Assembly: GCA_040954595.2 (NCBI GenBank)
Contig: CM082598.2
Coordinates: 4,417,097 to 4,481,096, forward strand
DNA length: 64,000 nucleotides
Direction: 5' to 3'
Source: Balanoglossus misakiensis
Lineage: Eukaryota; Animalia; Hemichordata
Both the position numbers and the translations under genes were made by a program. Positions 26,701 to 39,019 of this stretch are shown in pieces (position 1 is the stretch's first letter; every line of letters begins with the position of its first letter). The notes beneath the pieces are model-generated. The model worked only from the letters and a program-made list of their open reading frames with translations, did not search any database and was not told the origin of the DNA.

Positions 26701-29674
26701 CTTGCGCAAAACGAATAAATGGTAAACACCGATTATTCATTTTGGCGAGTTTTTCACTCTCGTGTCTACAAGTGGGATGGAAGTTGTGTGTGGTTGAACG
26801 TTGATTCACTATATATCCACATTTAGAATAACATAAACGGTGTCTTGTGTCAAACATAATTAATGGAAAAGGGGCAGCGAGAGAGAGACTTTGTCCTTTT
26901 AACACTGGCTACTCCCTTCCCTTCTGTCACAGTTCAAATTCCCTCTCAAACCACCCAACTCAAAGCCAAACATCCAACCAGTAAATGGTACACGCATAGG
27001 TGATAGTTTGACGGACGGAACTTGACACCAGAAGTAACTGAATATGGCATGTTGTTTTATAATCCTTGAACCTTGAACCACTTAGTGGGTGTCCAAAGGC
27101 AAGTTTACCTTTTGAAATAATTAGTATTCTCTATCTGTTCTTCCATCTTGAAAACCTGGTGTGATAATATATTTGTAAAGTGTCAGTACCCACGAAAATG
27201 TGATCAAAGATGCTGAAATAAAAATACACAACTAATATATATATTATAAATATTATTAAAGGGACAAAGTCTCTCTCTCGCTGCCCTTTTTTCCATTAAT
27301 TATATTTGATACAAGACACCGTTTGTTATTCTACATGTGGATATATAGTGAATGAACGTTCAACCACACACAACTTCCATCCCTCTTATAGACAGGAGAG
27401 TGAAAAAACTCGCCAAAATGAATAATCGTTCTGTACCATTTATTCATTTTGGGTGAGTTTTTACTCTCATATCATACAAGTGGGATGGAAGTTTTGTGTG
27501 GTTGATCATTGATTCACTATATATCCACATATACATGGAAAAGGGTCAGCTGGAAAGAGACTTTGTCCTTTTAAGGTAGCATTTATGTTACATTACTGAA
27601 AATTCAGGGGGGGGGGGATATTCTTTTCAGTGCCTTGAAATTCACACACAGCTTTTACAATGGATATGCACAAAATATAGACTCAGTAATTTGAGGTTTG
27701 TTAAGTTCCATTTATGGTTGTTTTCTTCTTACCATTTGTCGAGCGCCTTGAAGACTCTGCTCGAGTTCTTCAACTCTCAGTTTGTATTCCGATGACATCC
27801 TCCTTGCATTGTTCAACTCAGCCTATCAGCAGAGAGAACAGAAAGACCATGAACATGTGACTACAGTCAATCCCCTGTTAGTGGTCACCTCTATATCCCT
27901 AATAATAGTACTGGGTGTCATACCTGTTTAGATTGTCAAGTCCCTTAAAATACATATTTGCCACTTTTTCTTCTAAAACATATTTTGACTGTCTTGACAT
28001 GGCTCTCATATGTACTTAGACACACTTGGCAGTCTGAGCCCCCTGTAAAATGTACCAAATCGCACTGGTTTGCACTGTATTGGTCTGAGGGTCTTGTATA
28101 GGCCCGACTGATTAACACGTACTTGGCAGTCTTACAGGCCTGGGTGCCAGGATTCTAGGCACCCTGGAAATCACACCAGTTTCAACTGACTTGGTAGCAT
28201 TAGGGTTAAAATACGCAATTACCTTGACATCAATAAGTTCATTCTGAGTTGTACAAGTGGCTGTCTGCTCTAACAGCAACTGTTGCCTTAGGTCTCTCGC
28301 CTCGTGCTCAACGATGGAAACCAGTTTCTCCAGAGCCATCCGTTGTCCCCGCTCCCGTTTCAAATCCAGCGTGAGCCTGACCGACTCCGGGGAGGAGAAC
28401 TGTCCGCACCTGCAACACTCCGAGAATACGTGGTGGGTCTGGGTTTCCGAGTCTGTGTGACGGATGGGGTCTTCGGGAAAGCTGGTTGCCATAGTTACTG
28501 TTTCTGGCGAGTCGGTTTGTGTGTCCGCCTCTGTGTGTGTGAGTCCGCAGGTAATTCTCATACCTGGTTCCGTCTGTACTTCCACATCACGTCGTTGTAT
28601 ATTTGCCAACACATGATGGCGATCCACTAAGTGCGTTCTGTCATCCAAACCACGTTCAGTCCCATGCCGGTTTCCCCGTCCAACATGATCCGTACCTTTC
28701 TCCGGCTGATCGCACGTTTCCGAGGATGACAACATTCCGGAACCAGGTGTAGTCTTTCCCAGTTCGCACATTCCCCCATTCTGAAATTCACCAGATTCCC
28801 ACATGTCCTCCTCCGTCCCATAATGCTCCCCTTCACGAAATCCTGATACTGTTCCTACGGTAACATCACCGACAGCAGTAGTGTCACCCGACTCTGCATC
28901 CTGATTGGTAGAACTCTGACCTTTGCCACCCACCCCTGCATCCTGATTGGCTGAACTCTGACCTTTGGCACCCGACTCTGCATCCTGCTTGGCTGAACTC
29001 TGACCTTTGGCAGCCGACTCTGCATCCTGATTGGCTGAACTCTGACCTTTGCCACCCACCCCTGCATCCTGATTGGCTGAACTCTGATCTTTGTTACCTG
29101 ACTCTGCATCCTGATTGGCTGACATCTGACCTTTGACACGCATCTGATGATACTCATTTGCCTTCTTTTCTTCATATTCCATTTCTGCGATCTCACACAT
29201 TCTTCGCCACCGCATCCTCTCTGCTTCCTCTCTCTCGAACATTGCCACCGATTTTCGACAATGCACGGTCGTTCCCACATTAGTTGAGGAGTCAGCTGAC
29301 TTGTAAATGGAAACATCACTTTCCTTGGTAAATTCCGCTCCTCCGGTATTTTCCGCTGTCTTCATCGGTTCTGAGACCGTGACGGTCAGATTTCCAAACC
29401 GTTCAGATAAATCTACCTCAACACTTTGCGCGGTGTTATCGCCCACCAGCTGATGCATTCCGAGTCCTTTCCCGCCTCGACTGCCAGCGACTTCTGGGCT
29501 AACCTCCTCCCGGTCCCTGCTGTGTCTCTCCATAGCCTTGACCTTGACCTCTCCACCAACCGCAGACCTCGACTCAACATGCCGTGTCTCGGCGTACTCG
29601 CACATCTTCCGTTGCCATAGTTTCTCAGCTTCTTGCCGCTCAAACAAACGCTGTCTGCTCTCCAATGACATCAT
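23739..29674 (-). CDS. Uncharacterised protein: disordered repeat-containing N-terminus, central coiled coil, Ser/Pro/Thr-rich basic tail. Exons 28223-29674, 27733-27822, 27109-27155, ~26379-26451, ~25933-26011, ~25571-25667, ~24948-25286, ~24380-24627, 23739-23838
   Basis: A 520-aa ORF followed by GT-AG exons in compatible phase (AELNNARRMSSEYKLRVEELEQSLQ; VQTELLRSQQEVNHLLDKL; ...RPSKFRKPNISK*). A minus-strand AATAAA lies near 23563-23568. Confidence 0.75.
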
Positions 29675-30076
29675 CTCTGGTCATAGCCGTAACAAGGCGA
29701 CCACTTCACAACACAACATGCTATTACCATTTATATCAATCAGGGTTCCTTTTGTTGAAATTTGCAGTCAGTTGAGCATCCAAAATTTCATATCTCTGCA
29801 ACTTTATAAATGTACTTGTAATGCTGCTCCAATAAGTATGTCATCTGTAATTTGAAGAAAAACAATATTTATGATAGTTTATACATTTAGTAATTGTTGA
29901 AGGATATGTAGTCATGGATATTGGCCAAAAAATAATCACCAAATTTTCTCTCTTTTATGTATAATTGATTGTACTGATTCAGAAGCCCTGCCACTTCGCA
30001 TAACTCTATGTACTCCTCAACACACACGGCCAAGGGACTGTCTGCCCCCCCCCCCCCTCCAGAGTTGTGGAGGTAC

Positions 30077-30310
30077 CTTGGGGGCGAGACTAGACCTTAT
30101 CATGGAAGACGTAGACGTGAAAGATGTTCCCGACTATATCTCTATGTATCTGGCACATCCATGCCTGCCCCAAAGCATGTGCAAAGGCCGAGTTCTCGTG
30201 ACCTGACCAAGGGTCGCGATCCAATCCCCTCCGCCCTGAAATGAACCTGACGTCCCCGCCCCCTTGGTGAACACTCGGCTACAATTATTGCAACTGCCTG
30301 TATTGGTTCA
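30077..30310 (-). promoter_or_regulatory. Probable non-coding first exon and promoter of the coiled-coil gene
   Basis: Minus-strand donor caag|gtacct at ~30076. A CRE-like tgacgtc and GC box ccccgccccc at ~30248-30263, and an attgg/CCAAT at ~30302. Confidence 0.45.
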
Positions 30311-32113
30311 CTTACTAGTGCTACCCGTCAGTGGCAAATTTGTCTGATGAAAACATGACAGGAGTTTCGAGCTACGATTCGATTCTGACGCCGTAAATTC
30401 TGCAACGTTACCTGCTAGTACATTTCACTTCCGCATTCAGTGTCGAGATTGTAGCTGACCTAGCTAGGGGGACTGGCAGCACCAATACGGTCAGACCCCC
30501 TAGCTAGGTTAGAATTCTCCAAGTGGATGGTTTAAATGATATAGGGCGCCATCACCGAGCAACTAACCTTCTATTTCTATGATTTTTTGAATGAAAATGG
30601 AAAAACAAAAACAGGCATTTTGTTAACTCTCTTCAGTCACTCATCGTCAGCTTTGAACAATATTTTTTAATTCAGGAGTTCATTCACATATCCTGTAATT
30701 TATACCTAACAATATTAGACTAACATTGATATGTCTCGTAGGAACGAAAGAATTTTCCAAAGGCAAAGTTTTTGTACAAACTTTGTTTTCTTGCATTGTT
30801 ATTTATTGCGTTGGTGGTAACTGAGTTTTAATAAATGTTATATTGACAACCTATGATCCAGACAACAAACTGCTATTTACCGTATAACGTTGCCACGCAG
30901 TTGTTGATGAGGTACGGGTCAGTTTAACTAGGGTCAGTTAAACCAGTCTTATCTCAGTTTAGCTTCATTTTGAATGTTTGCTTTGCCTGTTAGCTGGACT
31001 TTATGGGCCTTGGTCAACACCACACAGGCGTAAAGCGATTACACCAATTTGAACACACTCACTCCAGCCAATTAATTCAGTTAGAGTTTTCGCTTGTTAC
31101 CTACTTTCAAATGAATTGCTGGAACTGATGATTTCATGGAAATCTGTACATTTTTCGTTCTTAACTTTTTCATGAATTGGTTCCTCTTATGTAAAATATT
31201 AACTGGTCGGCCTTGCTAAACTGCACACAACTTGCGACATATAGTTAGATATATTGCTCTGAAATGTAAAGATTCTTGCAGTTACTTGTATTCAAAAAAG
31301 GTAAATCCTAGTTTTCAGAATGTTTTGTTGAAATAAAATGGTATCAACCAAATGCAGCTGCCTGAACGACTTACCATATATGGAATCAAGGGGTTATTTT
31401 TAAACACCAAAATGAACCAGTCCTGGCCAGTTTGAGGAGCAGCTCACAGCAAAGAGTATCGGCAAAATGAATAATCGGTCTCTACCATCTATTCATTTTG
31501 CACGAGTTTTTACTCTCATATCATACAAGTGGGATGGAAATTGTATGTGGTTTAATAACATAAACGGTGTCTTGTATCAAACATAATTAATGGAAAAAGG
31601 GCTGCGAGATTCAACAGTTACTTGTATTCAAAAAAGGTAAATCCTTGTTTCATAATATTTTGTTGAAATAAAATGTAAAATGGTATCAACCAAATGCAGC
31701 TGCCTGAACGACTTACCATATATGGAATCAAGGGGGCCTTGGAACCGTCATAGTTATATTTAAACACCAAAATGAACCAGTCCTGGGCCAGTTTGAGGAG
31801 CAGCTCACAGCAAAGAGTATCGGTGCTGTTGTTTTGAAGGTTCCAGAAAAAGTTTTCCCTCTAACACCGCTGAAAGACGAATACTCTCCAGGTCAGTGAT
31901 TTAATTACCTTCAAAAGACAAATCAGACCACTTATTTTCAGAAGTATTTGAGAGCTACAGCGACACAGGTTGCAATGTATGCTTTGTTAGGACAGTCATT
32001 CTCGATAGTCGCCATTACTGTGCATAATATTACCATTGCCTGTGTGTCACATTTTAATTGGTCAAGATGAACGACATCACTGACGACAAATACTCAGTAA
32101 TGGTTTGTTTTAA

Positions 32114-32846
32114 GGTGGCATTGCATGAAACCGTCGAGACTTTTTCAGAGGCCTATTTCTCATCAAAGACAACGTTAAAACCCCCATAAACCAGATATAC
32201 TCTGGAAGTTGAGTTTTTGAACTTTTGTTTGAGTTGCAAATATTATTGATCCCCGGAAATGGTGGCGATTTTGGGTGAAAAAACCCATTTTTTGATATTA
32301 TATAATTAAATTTAAATTAGGTAAAAAAGTTGACCATGCAACATGCATCTTAATATGTCATTCGAAACTAGAGTACACGTGCAAAAAAACAGTAATTTTG
32401 TTTTGCGTTATCTGCTTCCATTGAGGAGTAACAGCGTTTGAAAGTCAGATTTTTAGTAAAATTTGATCAAATTCACGGTGAGTTGTATTGAATCAGAGTT
32501 TATTCCCGCCAGGGACATTTTATCGACTAACAAAAATACCGTTTTGTTGGATGGGTCATACACAATCCCCAGTTAAATTTGAGCAAATTCGGCCAACGCG
32601 GGGCGAAGCTATTTTCGTCTGAAGTTGTCAAGAGCAGCGAAAATTAAAACTGAGAAAAACAGCCATTTGCATTGTTGACACCTATTTGCTAAGCAGTGAA
32701 CTCATTCAGAAAAGTGCTATTTTGGGGTGATTATGCACCATTTCCGCCAAGACGTATTAGTCAGGATGTGGGTCAGTATTAGGCCTACCGATTTATGTAA
32801 AAAAGTAAAATTTGGCAAAAATCACAAGTTTTCATGCAATGCCACC
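32114..32846. mobile_element. 733-bp non-autonomous Kolobok-like transposon
   Basis: TIRs ggtggcattgcatgaaa / tttcatgcaatgccacc with TTAA on both sides. The paralogous site at ~44060 (ggtttgttttaatacatg) is empty and has a single TTAA. Confidence 0.9.
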
Positions 32847-32995
32847 TTAATACATGCCTGTAAATCTGAATAGAAATATTAGCATACAGTTCAGTGAATA
32901 CAACACTTTGCGTAACACAAGTTTCGGGACCCCCTTTTTTTTCGCGTGCGTCATTTTCGTAAATTTTGACGGTTTTCTTGAGTTCGTTGGTGATA

Positions 32996-33170
32996 TAATG
33001 GAAATAACCGACTCCGCCCTGACCATTAACGTTTGTTTATGGGCTCGGGCTCGAGGAAAGCCAAAATTCATGGGCTCGGAAGCCTTGCCCATGAATTTTT
33101 GGCTGTCCCCTCGCCCTTGCCCATAAACAAACGTTAATGGTCAGGGCATCGTCCATTATTTCTATAATAC
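32996..33170. mobile_element. ~175-bp palindromic MITE (copy at ~44208-44382)
   Basis: gccctgaccattaacgtttgtttatggg ... cccataaacaaacgttaatggtcagggc inverted repeat. Confidence 0.75.
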
Positions 33171-34253
33171 ATACATACATACAGTGATTTGATGGGTGTA
33201 CTAAAAATAACTTATAATACAGGAAAATATATAAAAGATTGAGATATGACAATGAAGGGACGGGGAAATTAAGCGAAAACAGATGTCTTTTTTGTAGTGC
33301 GTGTACGTCGGAAAATCCTGCTCGAAGTTTCCACATCTGCATTATTGAACAAGCTTTTGAAGATTTGAGAGCTGGGTTCGAGTTAGTTTTATGAGTTGAT
33401 AGCCTCGCAATGTTCATGAGTAGAATCCGACTATCGATCAAGCGTCAGCATGTCAGTATGTCAGTATGTCCACAGGGGGAAAAGATCCAGGAACTGTCCT
33501 GGAGAGTGAAACTACATGTAGACGTTACAGAGCGCTTACTGCCAACACCCGGTAGACAAAAAACACATTGTTTAAAGACCATTGCTATTGCCTGATAAAT
33601 GACCTACATTGCCTATACTCACGATAACCTGCACGTATCGAAACTCTGGTGTCTCTCATAATGGTGACTCACCTTTTTGCGTGGCTACCCACAGTAACTG
33701 AGGCTAACTTTGTATGCGTGACTGTATACCTTTAATCAATCGGATTAAAATTTTAATCAGATTGACCTCTGATCAACCTACAATTCACCAAAACAGATAC
33801 TGGGGAACAATATAACATCACAAATATTTCATCATATTGTATCGAACTTCAAAAACTTGTCTTATCAAAACATGGCAACCAGTCAGATGTGGAGAATTTA
33901 CGATAACAGCCAGTCAGGGCAAGACCTTTGTCCCACCTCAGGCAGTGACTTTTATTGTGTACATACAGGTGGATGGTTGGGGTGGTGTGATATCTGAGAA
34001 GGTCATGTGAGGACACAGGATAGCCTGGTGAATTCTAGCCCTGCGTACAGGTCTGTGTGTTCGCGGCGTTACACGGCCTCCACCACAGCCCTGCAAAGGT
34101 CCATAGACAAAAACTTGTTCATCTGTTCATCCAGACTGCAGCTTTTCGGCCGGAATTCAGACATTCAAAAAATTACCCCAGAATAAACTAGAACTTTAGC
34201 TGAGTCTGTTTCCTTTTCTTTTCTTTTTTCACAGACATAAATAAAGAAACAGG

Positions 34254-37200
34254 ATGGCAGGGGGAATAATTTCACCCTATAAGATTCTTCTTTATGACCT
34301 GAATATCCATTGTGTAGACGATGACCTACGTTCTCTCAAAGCTTTAATTGAAGATGATATTCCACCAAGGGATAAGGATCCCATGAAAGACGCTTTTTAC
34401 TTGTTTGGATGTCTAGACGAACTGTGTCATATAAGCGAAGACAACCTGGCCTACCTGAAGAAACGGTTTACGAAAATGGGGAAAAACAATTTAGTGGAGA
34501 AGATTGAAGAATACGAAGCAAAGCACATTAAAAGTACGTAAGATCCAAATCGACAAGAAAATCGAAGAAAACTATACAAAGAGAGGCACAGTTACTATGT
34601 TTAAATTGTACCCTTTCAATTACAAGTGAATAGCTTGAGCGCCTGATTTAGGGGAATACCAACCAGTCTCTTTATAACAATCAGTTGTATTTGGAGTTTT
34701 GTTTGCTTTTGTCCCTACATTATCCTTAGCCGGTGACCAGGATAACCAACATGGAAAATGTATTTCTTTGTTAACTTCTAAAATTCAGCAACTTCAATAT
34801 ACACTTGCAATTTTTGTTCATTACCGTGTAGAGCAGCAAATACAGTTGAATTGATACGCTGGCTTGTAATCTAATTTCAATGTAGTACTTCTCTCTGTAA
34901 ATAGATTTTCTTTATGTGATGCGCTGGGGGCCAGCCATTTCAAATAAACATAATACTATACATGTACTTTGTTTAACGTTTCATGTACCGGTATTTTCAT
35001 TACCTCTCCTAAGAAAGTAATTTCATTAACTCTCACTTCCATCCCACTTAAGGTAGACTGCACCCCGAAAGTCAGTCTTAAACTTTCTCTCAGATTTTGC
35101 TAAAGGCAACTTATGCTTTTTCTTAGAATACAAATTGGGGGTTACAGTGCAAAATTTTGAAAATCCATACATAAAAGATACAGAGACAGTCAGACTGACA
35201 CCAGAAAAACTACAGTTCAATAACTACCTCCAGCAAAATCGTTCAAATATCAGAGGCCACCATCATTGGAGGCGGAAAGGGCTGAAGTCGTAATATGGTC
35301 GGAGAGATATTTTGGTCTGTAAACTGACAAAATGTTTGCGTTCAATTGCTTCAGGTGAGAAGACTGAGCTAGACACACCCAAGAGCAAATCTATGCCAGG
35401 ACCGAGCACTGTAGACACACCCACGAGCAGATCTATGCCAGGACCGAGCACTGTAGGAAGCTACCACTCAAGTGAAGGGGCTGAAGACACTTCAACAACT
35501 AGTAAGTGACCAAGTGAATCTACTATTTTTGTAGATACAGAGACAGTCAGACTGACACCAGAAAAACTACAGTTCAATAACTACCTCCAGCAAAATCGTT
35601 CAAATATCAGAGGCCACCATCATTGGAGGCGGAAAGGACTGAAGTCGTAATATGGTTGGAGATGTGAGATTGACTGTTGACTAAACTAACAACATGTTTG
35701 TGTTCAACTGCTTCAGGTGAGAAGACTGAGCTAGACACAGCCAAGAGCAGATATTCTATGCCAGGACCGAGCACTGTAGACACACCCAAGAGCAGTTCTA
35801 TTCCAGGAACTAGCACTGTAGGACGCTACAACACAAGCGACGGGGCTGCAAACAATTCAGCAACTTCTCTCAGACTAGCAGTTTTTGTTTTACTGTGTCC
35901 TATCTGTATTTCCTCAATTATGGTATTAATCAAATGCTCTGACTACTTCTCAGGCCCTACAGTGAAAAGTGATGCAAGCTCGAAGGAACCAAGGTAAAAT
36001 TTTAAGTTTATAAACATATACCGGTACATAGCCACATCTCCAAGAATAGCTCACAAACCACTTGAATTGTTAATGCAATTGACTTAGCTGCAAAATTAAT
36101 ACATCCTGCAGTTGTGCTAAGGAACGAAATTCGGTAGACTGTCGACAGTCCCTCGCGCCTAATGTGTATCGATTCGGCGTTTCGTGCGAGGGCCATTAGG
36201 CCCGAGGGACTGTTATAGCTTGTAAGCCTTGCCCTGATATTAATTATGCATGCAGAAAATGACGTAGTAAAATTTGCATATGGGGGCGTAAATTAAGGTC
36301 ACCGTGTCACGCATGCGTTTGTTAAATTGTTATTACGTATATATTAACTGTCAATCATTTTACAGGTGAATTATCCCACAGTGCCCGTGTGAGGGCGAAA
36401 CAAGGTATAACAGTCCCTCGGGCCACGCCCATGCCCGAGGCCTTACGGCCATCGCACCACGAAACGCCGAATCGGGCCTTACGGCGCTCGCACGAAACGC
36501 CGAATTGATACACATTAGGCGCGAGGGACTGTCGACAGTCTAGAAATTTGGTAGTACAACTTCATTTGGGGACAGTCCATTGATGCCTTGCAAAAGGGGG
36601 GAGAGCAGTTAAGGAGAGTCCTGGGCATGGACCACTTCGCGGATAGAATAACACAGGGGGTTGTGGGACAGTTTGCGTTCTGATGCTCTGCATTGGCCAT
36701 GTACTAGACGCTTTGTTGAATGCAAATTGTACCATCATGCATTACAGATACCCTGTCCACCGTGGCGCGTAGTGGTATATGTATGCATGATGGATGCACA
36801 TGCAGACAGACAAAAAGACAGACTTGCACTTTTGCTAAGTTAGGAGAAAAAATGTCAAGGGATTATCCACAATGTCACATACATGTTTACTTTCTTTACC
36901 TATACAGAATGGCAGGTTCCGGAATACTGGTGATTGGTGATGAGTGGGGTACACAGAAAGGTGGACTTTCTACCGTTAACAGACACGTCGCCTCATTGGC
37001 TGCGGAAACTGGGAAGGAGGTCTTTGCAACAGCTCTTGAAGCAACACAAGAAGATAAGGAAGATGCCTCTGATAATGGTGTAAGCCTGCAGGTTGGAAGG
37101 CCACATCGTGATGAAAAGATACCAAATATAAAGTGGTTAAACATGTATCACCCTGTTCATTTTCCAGACATCGCAAAACTTGATGTTGATGTCATCATAG

Positions 37201-38144
37201 GTCACATGCCAATCACCTCTCCTGGTGCACTCGACATCTGCCAGACATTGTTTCCAGCGAAGAGAGTGATCCTCTTCAACCACGTCATACCAGAAGATAT
37301 TGAGGTACACAAGGCATCGTGGACCGCAAAGAAGCTTGAGGAGAAAGAGAAGGCTCTCTGTGAAGAAGCTGCCCAGGCAGACGTAGTCTTCTCAGTTGGC
37401 CCGCGCATGTACAGCCACTTTGATAACAAATACCGGAAGTACTCATCATCACACAAGCGCAAGATCAAACACGAGCTGTTTCTACCGATGCCAGATGACA
37501 AGTTCTTCAATATCGAGATGCAGAAGCCCAGTGAAACATGCAAGGTCCAGATCCTGACCTTCGGTAGAGTCAATGGTGTTGCCAACCTCAAAGGCTATGA
37601 TCTGGTGGCAAGTGCATTGAGTCAAACCGTATCGGATAGGATGAGAACCCATCCATCACAAGACCCCCCAGTTTGGACCATCAGGGGTATACCGGAGGGG
37701 GAAGAACAGGAGACAGACAGATACTTAAAAGACCATGTCCAGTCCCGTCATCTGCAAATCAATCAGTATCCTTATGGATCTCAGGATGAAATTAGGGTTG
37801 ATATCCAGCAGAGTCATCTATGCTTGATGCCATCTCGCAGCGAGCCTTTTGGCTTGGTTGGCTTAGAGGCCATCGCAGCTGGAATCCCTGTCCTTGTGAC
37901 GAAGAACTCGGGCTTAGCCAAGTTTCTCACCCGTCATATTGACACCGATAAGGCGAAAGCGGTCATCGTCGACGTCGGCGTGAACGACGCGGAACGCGAT
38001 GAAGATATCCGCGAATGGTCCACCCGTATCAACCAAGTTCTGAACGAATATGACACAGCCTTCAAGAGGGCACAGGAGATGAAGAAACTTCTCCAAGAAT
38101 GCCAGGATGTTCGTGACACACACGAAGCATTCAAAGCAGAGTGA
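34254..38144 (+). CDS. Gene A: DED - repeat linker - GT-B/GT4 glycosyltransferase. Exons 34254-34533, 35355-35501, 35954-35993 (or 35717-35993), 36908-38144
   Basis: DED pattern (PYKILLYDL...LKALI..DIPPR...LF.CL....HIS.DNLAYLK). Intron phases 1,1,2 join in frame (CCA AG|A ATG GCA). GT4 motifs KGGLST, FGRV..NLKGYDL and EPFGLVGLEA (EX7E) are intact. Confidence 0.85.
36135..36542. mobile_element. 408-bp TIR element in the last intron of gene A
   Basis: ~55-bp TIRs tagactgtcgacagtccctcgcgcctaatgtgtatc..., with an imperfect 9-bp target duplication gaaattcgg / gaaatttgg. Absent from the paralogous introns at ~48635 and ~55095. Confidence 0.85.
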
Positions 38145-39019
38145 GGTCTTATTCCGGCTATTAAAGTCTCTCTCTCGCTGCCCTTTTACCATTAATTATG
38201 TTTGATACAAGACACTGTTTATCTTAATGTACATGTGGATATATAGTGAATCAACTCTCAACCACACACACCTTCCATCTGGCTTGTAGACACAAGAGTG
38301 AAAAAACTCGCCAAAATGAATAATTGGTCTCTACCATTTATTCATTTTAGGCGAGTTTTTACTGTCATATCATACAAACTTGTGGGATGGAAGTTGAGTG
38401 TGGTTGAACGTTCATTCACTTATACACATGTACATTAACATAAACAGTGTCTTGTATCAAACATAATTAATGGAATAAAGGGCAGCGAGAGAGAGAGACT
38501 TTGTCCCTTTATGATTTGCCACAGGCAGCACAAGACCAGTAATCAATTTCCCACAGACAACAGTAGCAGCGTTGAGAAATATATTCCTATTTTCTATTGA
38601 ATACCTAGATCAGATGACAGTACAACTTTAATAGCAGACTATTAAATGGCTATACTCAAGCAACCATTCCAACTTATTCCATATTCCATAGAGGGGACAC
38701 AGTCTCTCTCTCGCTGCCCCTTTTTCAATTCATTATGTTTGATACAAGACACCATTTATGTTATTGTACAAGAGGATATTATATAGTGAGTAAACGTTTG
38801 ACATACATACATACATGGTGAATCCTAGCCCTGCGTGCAGGTCTGTGTGTTCGCGGCGTTACACGGCCTCCACCACAGCCCTGCAAAGGTTCATAGACAA
38901 AACTGGTGCGTCTCCGGTCCGGATCCAGACTGCAGCTTTCCGGCCGGAATTCAGACATTCAAAAAATGACCCCAGAATAGAACTTTAGCTGAGTCTGTTT
39001 CCTTTTCTTTTTTTACAGG

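Larger units (their letters stand above)
31466..33975 (+). repeat. Upstream block of the segmental duplication, repeated at ~43405-45170 and ~51360-53040
   Basis: Near-identical runs (e.g. gaggagcagctcacagcaaagagta, cctggagagtgaaactacatgtagacg) precede DED genes A, C and D. Confidence 0.9.

Noticed and set aside
36720-36907. 63-aa N-terminal extension of the 474-aa GT ORF
   Set aside because: Not open in paralogues C and D, and it ends at a conserved splice acceptor, so it is intronic.
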